This document shows, in pieces, positions 1 to 8,789 of a DNA stretch of 64,000 nt. The notes beneath the pieces are model-generated. The model worked only from the letters and a program-made list of their open reading frames with translations. It had not been told where the DNA came from and did no database searches. The position numbers and the translations under genes are program-made. The DNA lies in the NCBI GenBank assembly GCA_050291625.1, contig JBNKKC010000127.1, forward strand, positions 4,470 to 68,469. The letters are read 5' to 3'. Position 1 is the first letter of the stretch; each line of letters starts with the position of its first letter. Origin of the DNA: Desulfobacteraceae bacterium (GTDB lineage Bacteria; Desulfobacterota; Desulfobacteria; Desulfobacterales; Desulfosarcinaceae).

Positions 1-1
1 A

Positions 2-1141
2 GCCGTCATGACTTTTGGCTTGACATCATGCACTAAACAAAGAGAGCAGGTCATCAAGATCGGTATCAACGCCCCCATTACCGGCGATATTCCAAAGGTG
101 GGCGAAGGCTCCAAGTTTGCGGCCCAAATGTGGCTGGCGGATATTGAAAAGGCCGGCGGCTTGGATGTGGGAGGTAAAAAATATAAGGTCCAGATCGTGG
201 TGGAGGACAATGAATCCAAAGCAGAATCCGCGGTTAAGGCCAACACCAAGATGATCACCGAAGACGGCGTGCTGGCCATCGTCGGTCCTCAGGCATCCAG
301 CCAGGCCGTTCCGGCAGGCGATGTGGCCAACAATTACCAAACAGTGATGATCAGTCCCTGGTCCACCAACCCCAACACGACCAAAGACCGCCCCTATGTT
401 TTCCGCGGCTGTTTCCTGGACCCGTTCCAGGGCCCGGTGGTTGCCAATTTTATCAAGGAAAAGTTCAACTACACCAAAGCAGGCGTGCTATTCGACGTTG
501 CCAGCGATTACCCCAAAGGTCTGGCCGAGTTCTTTAAAAAGGCCTGGGAGGAAATCCATGGACCGGGATCCGTAGTGGCGTACGAAAGCTTTACTACAAA
601 GGACACCGATTTCAGCTCTCAGCTGACCAAGATAATCAACTCCGGGGCCGAATTTTTATTTACGCCGCAGTATTACAACGAGGTGGCGCTCATCGTTAAA
701 CAGGCGCATGAACTGGGTTGGGACAAACCCATCATCGGCAGTGACAGCTGGGGTTCGGCCGAGACCGTGGAATTATGCGGTGAGGACTGCTACGGACTGT
801 TCTTCAGCACGCACTATGCGGCCGCCGGCGCCACCGGGGCCACCAAAGCCTTCATTGATCGCTACAATACCGAATACAACTATATCCCGGATGACGTCGC
901 CGCTTTGACCTGGGACTCTCTGCGCCTGGTCCAGCAGGCGATCCAGGATGCCGGTGTCATTACCGGCGATATCAAAAAAGACCGCCAGGCTGTACGTGAT
1001 GCGTTGGCGAAAATCAAAGACTTCAAGGGGATCACCGGTGACATGACGTTTACCGAAGAGGGTGACCCCATCAAATGCGCCGTTATCGTTCGCATCAGCG
1101 AAAAAGGCGAGTTTGAATTCTATAAGTCAGTCTGCCCGTAG
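2..1141 (+). CDS. livK: Branched-chain amino acid ABC transporter substrate-binding lipoprotein (Leu/Ile/Val-binding PBP1 family). The 5' end is probably cut by the window edge.
   Basis: The 377-aa ORF has an IKIGINAPITGD start typical of LivK/LivJ-type binding proteins. The lipobox LTSC lies only 8 aa after the first Met, so the signal peptide must start upstream. It is followed by livHMGF. Confidence 0.85.
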   Translation, partial: AVMTFGLTSCTKQREQVIKIGINAPITGDIPKVGEGSKFAAQMWLADIEKAGGLDVGGKKYKVQIVVEDNESKAESAVKANTKMITEDGVLAIVGPQASSQAVPAGDVANNYQTVMISPWSTNPNTTKDRPYVFRGCFLDPFQGPVVANFIKEKFNYTKAGVLFDVASDYPKGLAEFFKKAWEEIHGPGSVVAYESFTTKDTDFSSQLTKIINSGAEFLFTPQYYNEVALIVKQAHELGWDKPIIGSDSWGSAETVELCGEDCYGLFFSTHYAAAGATGATKAFIDRYNTEYNYIPDDVAALTWDSLRLVQQAIQDAGVITGDIKKDRQAVRDALAKIKDFKGITGDMTFTEEGDPIKCAVIVRISEKGEFEFYKSVCP

Positions 1142-1231
1142 TAAAACGATGGCCATCAAGACAGGGGTTGAGGCATCATCGATATCCGGCGCCTCGCCCC
1201 TGTTTAAGTATCTTCCAACAGGAGTCGGCAA

Positions 1232-2155
1232 TTGGACGCATTATTGCAAAATGTGGTCAACGCACTGCAATGGGGAAGTTTCTATGCCCTGATCGCACTC
1301 GGCTATTCGATGGTGTACAGCATTTTAATGCTGTTTAACTTCGCCCACGGCGACATCTTCATGACCGGCTCCTACATCGGATTCGGCATCGCCACCGCGC
1401 TCCTGACGCTTTGGGCGGCCATCGGCCTGACCCTTCCCGGATGGGTGACCCTCAGTTTGACCATCATCATCTCCATGGTCCTGACCTCATTTCTCGGAAT
1501 GTTGGTGGAACGCGTCGGCTACCGTCCTTTGCGGGATGCCCCGCGGGCATCGGCGGCCATCACGGGGTTGATGATCGGCATTATTCTGGAAACAGGAAAC
1601 CTGGCGCTCCTGGGCGCCCGGCGGCTCAACTTTCCACAGCTGATCGAATCGACTACGTATAATCTGGGCGGAATTTTCGTCACCAACAAGAAGATCCTGA
1701 TCGTGCTGGTCTCTCTGGCGCTGATGTATGGTCTGCACCAGTTTATTCAAAAAAGCCGGTGGGGAATGGCCATGCGGGCCATGTCCTTTGATTTCCAGGT
1801 GGTACCGCTGATGGGAGTCTCCCTGAATGTCATCGCCCCGCTGACCTTCGCCGTAGGATCGGCCCTGGCCGCAGCGGCGGGTATTTTATACGGATTGGCC
1901 TACCCGGTGCTGGACCCCTATATGGGCATTCTGCTGGGCTGGAAGGCATTTGTGGCTGCAATTCTTGGCGGCAGAGGATCTATTCTGGGGGCTGCGCTGG
2001 CCGGGTTTCTGCTCGGTTTCATCGAGATTTTTGTACCGATGATTTTTCCGTCCACGCTGCGCGATCTGATCGCTTATTCGATCATTTTACTGATATTGAC
2101 GTTCAGACCCTATGGATTCTTTGGGCAGGCGCACAGCACGCAGCTGCGCCTCTAG
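1232..2155 (+). CDS. livH: Branched-chain amino acid ABC transporter permease
   Basis: A 307-aa polytopic protein with a LivH-like N-terminus (LQNVVNALQWGSFYALIALGYSMVY). TTG start 7 nt after AGGAG. Operon context supports the call. Confidence 0.9.
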   Translation: MDALLQNVVNALQWGSFYALIALGYSMVYSILMLFNFAHGDIFMTGSYIGFGIATALLTLWAAIGLTLPGWVTLSLTIIISMVLTSFLGMLVERVGYRPLRDAPRASAAITGLMIGIILETGNLALLGARRLNFPQLIESTTYNLGGIFVTNKKILIVLVSLALMYGLHQFIQKSRWGMAMRAMSFDFQVVPLMGVSLNVIAPLTFAVGSALAAAAGILYGLAYPVLDPYMGILLGWKAFVAAILGGRGSILGAALAGFLLGFIEIFVPMIFPSTLRDLIAYSIILLILTFRPYGFFGQAHSTQLRL

Positions 2156-2252
2156 GCTTAAAGATAATTAATTTGGACTGCGTTATCGGTCGTCTCGGTA
2201 TCGGCATACAGCTTCCTCCCTCTAGCCTTGCCAAATTAATTATCTTTAAGCC
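2155..2252 (+). repeat. Family A hairpin repeat, copy 1. A 98-bp element with perfect 22-bp terminal inverted repeats.
   Basis: The arm ggcttaaagataattaatttgg pairs with ccaaattaattatctttaagcc. The core tacagcttcctccctctagccttg is shared with copies at 3615, 19722 and 19823. It starts at the livH stop codon. Confidence 0.9.
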
Positions 2253-2306
2253 TAGAGCTGATCGATCCAACGGCTGGTTTGATTACACTGATAGAAAAGG
2301 AAAAAG

Positions 2307-3584
2307 ATGGAATCAATCGCCACTGTTCCCGCCGGCCGGACGCAAGCCATTCGCGCCTTCTTTGCCGATGTGCCCATGCTGGGCTGGCTGGGCGGTATCC
2401 TGTGTACCGTTCTGATCGAACATCTTTTCGGCAGGTCGCTCTCGTACCTGCTCTATTTGCCGAAAATGCCGGTGCTTTTCGGTTGTTTGATCATGTTCAA
2501 ACAGCCGCTGCTGATCCCGAGCGCCCTGGCCTATGTCGCGCTGATCTACGTGCTGCCGATCACCCTTATCGCGCGCCTGAGCAGCGGGCTGACCAACCGC
2601 CTGGCGGCTGTGCTGGATCGACTGCCCATCTGGGTCTCGAGCCTGATCCACCTGGGGCTGTTATACGCCGCACTGCATTTTTGGGCGGATCTGAGCGATT
2701 ATCGACTGCTGGTTCTCAAACTGACCATGATCGCGGTGATCCTGACGTTGAGCATTAATCTGATCAACGGCTATATGGGTGAATTTTCCTGCTCCCATCC
2801 GGGTTTTATGGCCCTGGGCGCTTATTCCGCTTCAACCGCGACGCTACTCTTTTTTGCCAATGACAGCATGTTCGGTCAAGCCTTGCTGCCGCCTGCGCTG
2901 GGGCCCTATTTCTACCCCCTGGCCCTTATCCTGGGCGGCGCGGTAGCGGCCGTCGGAGCCCTGGTCGTGGCCATCCCCTCCTTTCGAACCCGGGGAGACT
3001 ATCTGGCCATTATCAGTCTGGCCTTTTTGTTTATCGTCAAAAGTCTGATCGAAAACCTGGAGTGGGTCGGCGGTCCCAGGGGAATGAGCAGCCAGCCCAA
3101 CTGGTCCACTCTTCCGGTGGTATTTGCCTGGATGGTGCTGTGCATCTGGGTCATCAACAATTTCGTCCGCTCCATTTTGGGCAAAGCCCTCAACGCCGTG
3201 CGGGACAATGAAACCGCCGCAACCGCCATGACCATCAATACCCGCAAAACAAAGATGGTGGCCTTCATGCTGGGGGCCTTCTGGGCAGGGGTGGCCGGCG
3301 GATTGTTTGCCCATGTCATGCGGTATATAAATCCGGGGACATTCGGCATTCAACGCCTGGCGGAAATACTGGCCATGGTCTACTTTGGCGGGCTCAATTC
3401 GGTTGTTGGATCCATTGTGGGAGCAGTGAGCATCAACCTGATCAGCGAGATGCTGCGCCCCCTAGAGATATACAAATGGATTGTGATTCCTCTGATACTG
3501 ATCCTGGTGATGATCTACCGCCCGACCGGTCTGATCGCATTCAGGGAATTTGATGTCAAAAAGATCCTGCGCCCCAAACGATAG
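2307..3584 (+). CDS. livM: Branched-chain amino acid ABC transporter permease (LivM type, long N-terminal membrane extension)
   Basis: A 425-aa polytopic protein. Its C-terminal two thirds resemble LivM (NLINGYMGEFSCSHPGFMALGAYS). It lies between livH and livG. Confidence 0.85.
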   Translation: MESIATVPAGRTQAIRAFFADVPMLGWLGGILCTVLIEHLFGRSLSYLLYLPKMPVLFGCLIMFKQPLLIPSALAYVALIYVLPITLIARLSSGLTNRLAAVLDRLPIWVSSLIHLGLLYAALHFWADLSDYRLLVLKLTMIAVILTLSINLINGYMGEFSCSHPGFMALGAYSASTATLLFFANDSMFGQALLPPALGPYFYPLALILGGAVAAVGALVVAIPSFRTRGDYLAIISLAFLFIVKSLIENLEWVGGPRGMSSQPNWSTLPVVFAWMVLCIWVINNFVRSILGKALNAVRDNETAATAMTINTRKTKMVAFMLGAFWAGVAGGLFAHVMRYINPGTFGIQRLAEILAMVYFGGLNSVVGSIVGAVSINLISEMLRPLEIYKWIVIPLILILVMIYRPTGLIAFREFDVKKILRPKR

Positions 3585-3614
3585 AGAACGAACGATGACC
3601 TTAAAATGCAGATA

Positions 3615-3712
3615 GGCTTTAAGACAATTCATTTGGCAAGGCTAGAGGGAGGAAGCTGTATTGTCAATACCGCGACGACCGATAACGCCGCCAAATGGAT
3701 TGTCTTAAAGCC
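3615..3712 (-). repeat. Family A hairpin repeat, copy 2, inverted relative to copy 1
   Basis: The reverse complement is about 90% identical to copy 3. The arms are ggctttaagacaattcatttgg and ccaaatggattgtcttaaagcc. It sits in the livM-livG intergenic spacer. Confidence 0.9.
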
Positions 3713-3733
3713 TAAGATTAGGGAGTGCGCCTT

Positions 3734-4504
3734 ATGCCTTTATTGCGGGTAACCGATATGACACATTACTTTGGCGGTCTCAGGGCCGTGCATCAGTTCA
3801 ATCTCACCATCGAACCGGGTGAGATCCGGGGTCTGATAGGCCCCAACGGTGCCGGCAAGACAACCATATTCAACCTGATAACCGGCATCCACACCCCCAC
3901 TCAGGGAGAGGTGGAACTCGAAGGCAATAACCTGATCGGGCAACAGCCCCATCAAATTGCCGCACAGGGTTTGGGACGAACCTTCCAGAACCTGCTGCTC
4001 TGGCGTCACATGAACGTCAGGGAGCATGTCCAGATGGCACACTATTCCCAATTGAACTACGGGCTTTTCGGCGCTTTTTTCGGAACCCCAAAGCGACAGG
4101 CTGAAGAACGGCGCGTTGAAGAGAACAGCCGGCGCCTGATGGAAATCTTCGATGTGGCCAAATATGCCGATTTGAACGTCGGTAGTCTGCCGTATGGAGC
4201 CCAGCGTCGTGTGGAGATGGCGCGGGCGATGGCCATCGAGCCCAAAATTTTATTCCTGGACGAGCCCACTGCCGGAATGACCCCGGAAGAGCTGGTCCAG
4301 ATGATCGGTATTATCCGCAAAGTACACCAGGACTTCGGTGTCGCCATCTTTTTGATCGAACACCGATTGAAATTCGTCATGGAGCTTTGCCAGCGTATTC
4401 AAACGCTGGTGTTTGGTGAGGTTATCGCCGAGGGCACCCCCGAAGAGATACAAAACAATCCCAATGTGATCGAAGCCTACCTGGGCAAGGAGGAAATCGC
4501 CTGA
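3734..4504 (+). CDS. livG: Branched-chain amino acid ABC transporter ATP-binding protein
   Basis: Walker [20 protein letters not shown], and the LivG-type insertion are present. The ATG at 3734 lies 9 nt after AGGGAG; the ORF track begins at a GTG at 3725. Confidence 0.9.
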   Translation: MPLLRVTDMTHYFGGLRAVHQFNLTIEPGEIRGLIGPNGAGKTTIFNLITGIHTPTQGEVELEGNNLIGQQPHQIAAQGLGRTFQNLLLWRHMNVREHVQMAHYSQLNYGLFGAFFGTPKRQAEERRVEENSRRLMEIFDVAKYADLNVGSLPYGAQRRVEMARAMAIEPKILFLDEPTAGMTPEELVQMIGIIRKVHQDFGVAIFLIEHRLKFVMELCQRIQTLVFGEVIAEGTPEEIQNNPNVIEAYLGKEEIA

Positions 4505-5217
4505 TGCAGCTGACAGTTGAGAATCTGCAGGTCTCATACGGCAAGATAAAAGCATTGCACGGGTTAAGCTTTCAAATCGATGAAGGCGAAATCGTCTGCA
4601 TCATTGGAGCGAACGGCGCCGGAAAGAGTACGACCCTGAGGGCCATCTCGCGGCTGTTGGAGGCCGATTCCGGGAGTCGGATGGAATTCATGGGGCAGGA
4701 TTTGCTCAAATTTCCTGCAGACAAAGTGGTCAGCCGCCTGGGCATATCGCACGTTCCCGAAGGACGCCGTCTGTTCGGCAACCTGACCGTGATGGAAAAT
4801 CTGGAACTGGCCACGTTCGCGCGCAAAGACAGACAGCATGTCAAGGATGACATCGTGCGGGTTTTCGACATATTCCCCAGGCTTCAGGAACGCGAGAAGC
4901 AGGCCGCAGGAACCCTGAGCGGCGGCGAGCAGCAGATGCTGGCCGTGGGTCGGGCCTACATGAGCGGACGCAAATTGATGCTTCTGGACGAACCCTCCAT
5001 GGGGCTGGCCCCGCTTTTAATGCTCTCCATGTTCGACGCCCTCAAGGAGATCAACAAGGCCGGGACATCCATCCTGCTGGTGGAGCAGAATGCCCGCCTG
5101 GCACTGAAATTCGCCCAGCGCGGCTATGTCATCGAAAACGGATCCATCGTGCTTGAAGGCGAATCCGAAACCCTGCTGCACGATCCGGAAGTAAAAAAAG
5201 CCTATCTGGGCGGTTAA
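4504..5217 (+). CDS. livF: Branched-chain amino acid ABC transporter ATP-binding protein
   Basis: Walker A GANGAGKST, signature LSGGEQQML, and C-terminal KKAYLGG are present. The start overlaps the livG stop (TGATG). Confidence 0.9.
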   Translation: MQLTVENLQVSYGKIKALHGLSFQIDEGEIVCIIGANGAGKSTTLRAISRLLEADSGSRMEFMGQDLLKFPADKVVSRLGISHVPEGRRLFGNLTVMENLELATFARKDRQHVKDDIVRVFDIFPRLQEREKQAAGTLSGGEQQMLAVGRAYMSGRKLMLLDEPSMGLAPLLMLSMFDALKEINKAGTSILLVEQNARLALKFAQRGYVIENGSIVLEGESETLLHDPEVKKAYLGG

Positions 5218-5222
5218 GTTTT

Positions 5223-6050
5223 TTAGAATTCTTTAAAAAAACCAACGGAAACAGCGTATTTATCATATCCCTCTTCAAGCGACAGAAACCCCATCCGCTC
5301 CATCAATCCCCAATCCTTTCCCAGCCAATGGCGATGGTAGAGACTGAGTTCCCAGGCATCCTGGCGAACATCTTCCGGCTCGGCCAGCGTCAGCGCCTGG
5401 TATGCCTGAGCACCCAAACTGAATTTCAGGAAGATCCATCGCCAGCCCTCTTCGCCAAAGCCCAGGCTCAACAAATGGGTGTATGACACCAGGCTTCCCG
5501 GATCGCTTGTGTTGCGAAACAACCGGTATTCGGCGATCCATTGGTTGTGGTACCAGGTCGCACCGGCCGAAACGATCCAGTCCCGTTGTTCTCCCTCGTA
5601 ATCGATATAGGAGGCGCCGATGGTAAATACAAATGGGTCGTACAAAAAGTTAACATCATGATCGATGCGAAAGACCGGCAGGAAATCTTCACCAAAACCG
5701 CGGGACATGGCGGAATAGGTTGACAGCCAGGACAGCCAATCCACATATGCGCCGATGGCGGCTGCCTGCCCGCTGCCTTCTTTGACTCGCGCGTAATGGC
5801 CTGCCTGGGCAAAGGCCGTGACCCGCCGGTGAACCCTTGCATACAAGGCAGCATCCACGCTTTTCCAGTTGCCATAATCCGAGTCGGGACTTAAATGCTC
5901 GTAAGAGATCATGCTTTCGAACCGGTATGCGTATGGTTCACGCAGATACTCACTGCCGATGGTCCGCGCTGAGGACTGATCGGGTGGCGCGGCTAAAATG
6001 ACAGGGCAGTACCCGAACAGAATTGTCATCGTAAGAAGAACGCGAATCAT
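5223..6050 (-). CDS. YaiO-family outer-membrane beta-barrel protein, last gene of the EPS operon
   Basis: The internal Met MIRVLLTMTILFGYCPVILA gives a signal peptide. The alternating aromatic/beta pattern resembles E. coli YaiO as recalled from memory, for example ASYIDYEGEQRDWIVSAGATWY and AEYRLFRNTSDPGSLVSY. The C-terminal residue is F. The start ATG overlaps the upstream stop (TAATG). Confidence 0.65.
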   Translation of the reverse strand: MIRVLLTMTILFGYCPVILAAPPDQSSARTIGSEYLREPYAYRFESMISYEHLSPDSDYGNWKSVDAALYARVHRRVTAFAQAGHYARVKEGSGQAAAIGAYVDWLSWLSTYSAMSRGFGEDFLPVFRIDHDVNFLYDPFVFTIGASYIDYEGEQRDWIVSAGATWYHNQWIAEYRLFRNTSDPGSLVSYTHLLSLGFGEEGWRWIFLKFSLGAQAYQALTLAEPEDVRQDAWELSLYHRHWLGKDWGLMERMGFLSLEEGYDKYAVSVGFFKEF

Positions 6051-6955
6051 TAATTGCCCCCCATCGGCATCCGTCCCGTGTGTATTTGTTCCCGAGCCAT
6101 TGAGATCACAACCCTCTGCAGCGAATCGGCAGGACCTTCCGCCCCGCCGTATTGTCGGCTGAACCTGGCCCAAATCTGCCGGGCTTTTTGTGAGGCGGGA
6201 TTCAGCAGGCCATAAGCAACGGGAAACAATTGGGCAAATGCATCCGGGTAGAACCGGTCCCAATCCGAAACGTGTTCGGTCTGATCGTCAACGGCCCAAT
6301 GAAACATGCCGTTCGAGGCATCATACAATCGCATCAACACGCCCTGCCTGACCTTTCTCACAGCATCCGCATAGAATTGCGCCGGCCAACCCAATGCATG
6401 GCACAAAGCGACATAGGCCTTCAGGCCTGCATATACCTCGCAGTTGTCCATCAGATATTTGCTGTCCTGATCCGGCAGGGCACGCGTCAGCCCGTCATGA
6501 TCCTGCAAAAAGATCAGCAGATAGGCGACATCTTCGATTTTCTTTCGGTTGGCAAGGAGAAGTTGTCGGTTGCCGACGCGTCGATAGTACTCATAAAGCA
6601 GGATCAGAAATGTGGCCGCGTATGAATCCACGGAATCATAGTCCTCGGTACTTATCTGGCGGCCACGGTCATCCAGGTAAAAGTCATACATGCTTCCAGT
6701 CAGTCCATTCTTGTCGGGGTAGTTGAGGTGATCCAGATACCACAGGATGTATTGCTCCACATGTTGCCAGTTGAGTTGATGGCGCAGGATGTGTATCCCG
6801 TATAGATTGACCTCGTAAGGCACGACATGCCGATAGGCGTATGCGGGAGAGAATACATCGATGACCGCGTGGGATGGATGTATGGCTCTGTAGCAGCCTG
6901 TCAGGGCCGAAACGGCCGCCATGCTAGCGAGCAGGTATAAACAAATGCGCTTCAT
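6050..6955 (-). CDS. Lipoprotein, possibly an (alpha/alpha)-barrel glycoside-hydrolase-like polysaccharide-processing enzyme
   Basis: Lipoprotein signal MKRICLYLLASMAAVSALTGC. The helical repeat pattern with DSYAATFLILLYEYY and DNCEVYAGLKAYVAL is reminiscent of alpha/alpha toroid hydrolases. It lies in the EPS operon. The function is inferred only. Confidence 0.4.
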   Translation of the reverse strand: MKRICLYLLASMAAVSALTGCYRAIHPSHAVIDVFSPAYAYRHVVPYEVNLYGIHILRHQLNWQHVEQYILWYLDHLNYPDKNGLTGSMYDFYLDDRGRQISTEDYDSVDSYAATFLILLYEYYRRVGNRQLLLANRKKIEDVAYLLIFLQDHDGLTRALPDQDSKYLMDNCEVYAGLKAYVALCHALGWPAQFYADAVRKVRQGVLMRLYDASNGMFHWAVDDQTEHVSDWDRFYPDAFAQLFPVAYGLLNPASQKARQIWARFSRQYGGAEGPADSLQRVVISMAREQIHTGRMPMGGN

Positions 6956-8789
6956 CGGCAGTTGTATCCAAAGTAACGTAAAAAAAATCAACCCCGCTTT
7001 GGACCTCCCATGCACCCGTTGGAGGCGGTTGGTACTTGTCCAGGGGAAGTGCCAGGGTCAAGCCCCGCAGACCGGCGGGTTTTCGAACAAATACGTCAAG
7101 TCCTTTCGGCTGAATGGAAAAGGAGTACTCTGCTTTAAGCATCTGCAGCATGAATTCGGCGAAGTAGCTCATGGGTTGAACGTTCAGATGCCCGTCCGCC
7201 TGTTCCTTCTCCATCAAATCAAGAAATGAAGTAAAAGCCGGTCGGTAATCCTGCCGCTGCGATGTCTCGAATAGATCGTAGGGATGTGAGTAGACCAACC
7301 GCACCGCTCTGTTCGTGACGGCATACGCCACCGTACGCTGCAGCCACTGTCGGACAGCGTCCCGGCCAAAGCCGCTCGCTTCGAACTCCTCCAGTGAGGC
7401 TTTGTCGATCAGCGGCATCACCGGAAAGGCAATCAGCTGATCCGATAGCATCCGGCCATTAAAAAAAGTACGATTCGGGGCGCCGCCGCTGTCGCCGGTA
7501 TAATAATAGGCGACAATACCCATTTCGGCAAGTACCTGCGTCATCACCGGTTGTGGATGGGCGCCATTGGGAGCCGAATATTCGAGGATTTTCCGCCCGG
7601 TCAGTGATTCCAGACACTGGTTGTTTTTCAAAATGTAGGTCTGCATCTCATGCTTCCCAAACGCGCCGGATTCGACATTTGATGCAAACCAGTTATGGTA
7701 CCAGCCGCCATGCGACCCGATCGTGCCATACGGCATCAGCATATCGACGTAGCGCTTGCCCTGCCCGCAGGCATCGAATCCCATATTGTCGCCGGGACGG
7801 TCCAGAGAATCCCCTGCCGAAATGTGCATGGAATACTTCAGATGGGGACGAAACAAACCCGTTTCAATCATTTGCTCAAGATAGGGCCAGTCGCTATTAC
7901 TGTCGTGGTGCCAGTTCATCACGATGCCGCCCTTGCCGTATGGCACATTCATCAGGTGAGGGATCTGAAGGCGGTTGAACAAGAAAAAGCGCAACATGGA
8001 GCGCAGCGGCAAATCGTCGGCGTTGGCTTTCAAATGCCCCAAAGGCGTATTCACATAGAACACCAATCCCTTTCCATAGCGCCGTATCACGACGGCCGGA
8101 TAGGCTTCGCCATCGTCAGTTACTGCTGTGGCCAACACCTCCGGCGCCGGTTCAACGGATTGATCTGCAACGATCCGGCTGCGGGCGACAGGATAGCGCA
8201 GTCGACCATACCCGTATCCGCTCAGAAAAAGGTTGCCGTCCAATTTGCCGAACGGTATTTCACAGGCCTGTGCCACGGTGGCGTCCTGGAACTTGATATG
8301 CCCGAGTGTGTACGCCTGTTCGGCCTTCCGGTTAAAGACAATATGATCGATGCCGCTGAATCTCTTGAACAGCGTCTCAGACAAATAGGCGTCCTGGCTG
8401 TCTTTCACTGCCGGATCGTAAATCGCCGCAATACCGCCGCCGGCCATGAGATAACGCCCCAGCCAGGGCTCAAAACCTATCGGCATTCGCTGGCACAGGC
8501 CGTCCGGGAAAATGACGGCCGGCACGGTGGCGGCCAAAGCATCCGGGTCGACAGCCAGCAGCAGATGCTGGTCGATGGACTCAAATGCCACGCCTTCTTC
8601 CTCCAGCACGCTGACGTAGGCATCCAGAATATGCCGGTACTGTTTCAAATACTTCGGATTGTAGGCCACCATGATGCGCACCTGTTGGCTGTGCGACGTC
8701 CGGGAGACCTTCTTCATAGACAATACACCGCATACGATGATGATCAGACAAATGACTGCCAGACCGGTGAAGCACAGTTTCCGAATCAT
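6924..8789 (-). CDS. Large membrane-anchored periplasmic protein of the EPS operon, possibly carbohydrate esterase/deacetylase-like (DUF2194-like, recalled from memory)
   Basis: Start MIRKLCFTGLAVICLIIIVCGVL is an N-terminal anchor. His-rich motifs are MNWHHDSNSDW and GSHGGWYHNWF. ATGA overlap with the upstream gene. Confidence 0.4.
   Translation of the reverse strand: MIRKLCFTGLAVICLIIIVCGVLSMKKVSRTSHSQQVRIMVAYNPKYLKQYRHILDAYVSVLEEEGVAFESIDQHLLLAVDPDALAATVPAVIFPDGLCQRMPIGFEPWLGRYLMAGGGIAAIYDPAVKDSQDAYLSETLFKRFSGIDHIVFNRKAEQAYTLGHIKFQDATVAQACEIPFGKLDGNLFLSGYGYGRLRYPVARSRIVADQSVEPAPEVLATAVTDDGEAYPAVVIRRYGKGLVFYVNTPLGHLKANADDLPLRSMLRFFLFNRLQIPHLMNVPYGKGGIVMNWHHDSNSDWPYLEQMIETGLFRPHLKYSMHISAGDSLDRPGDNMGFDACGQGKRYVDMLMPYGTIGSHGGWYHNWFASNVESGAFGKHEMQTYILKNNQCLESLTGRKILEYSAPNGAHPQPVMTQVLAEMGIVAYYYTGDSGGAPNRTFFNGRMLSDQLIAFPVMPLIDKASLEEFEASGFGRDAVRQWLQRTVAYAVTNRAVRLVYSHPYDLFETSQRQDYRPAFTSFLDLMEKEQADGHLNVQPMSYFAEFMLQMLKAEYSFSIQPKGLDVFVRKPAGLRGLTLALPLDKYQPPPTGAWEVQSGVDFFYVTLDTTADEAHLFIPAR

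Noticed and set aside
2173-2758. The 80-aa and 159-aa plus-strand ORFs at the livH-livM junction
   Set aside because: They start inside the family A repeat and run out of frame across the livM 5' region. The livM frame has the membrane-protein character.
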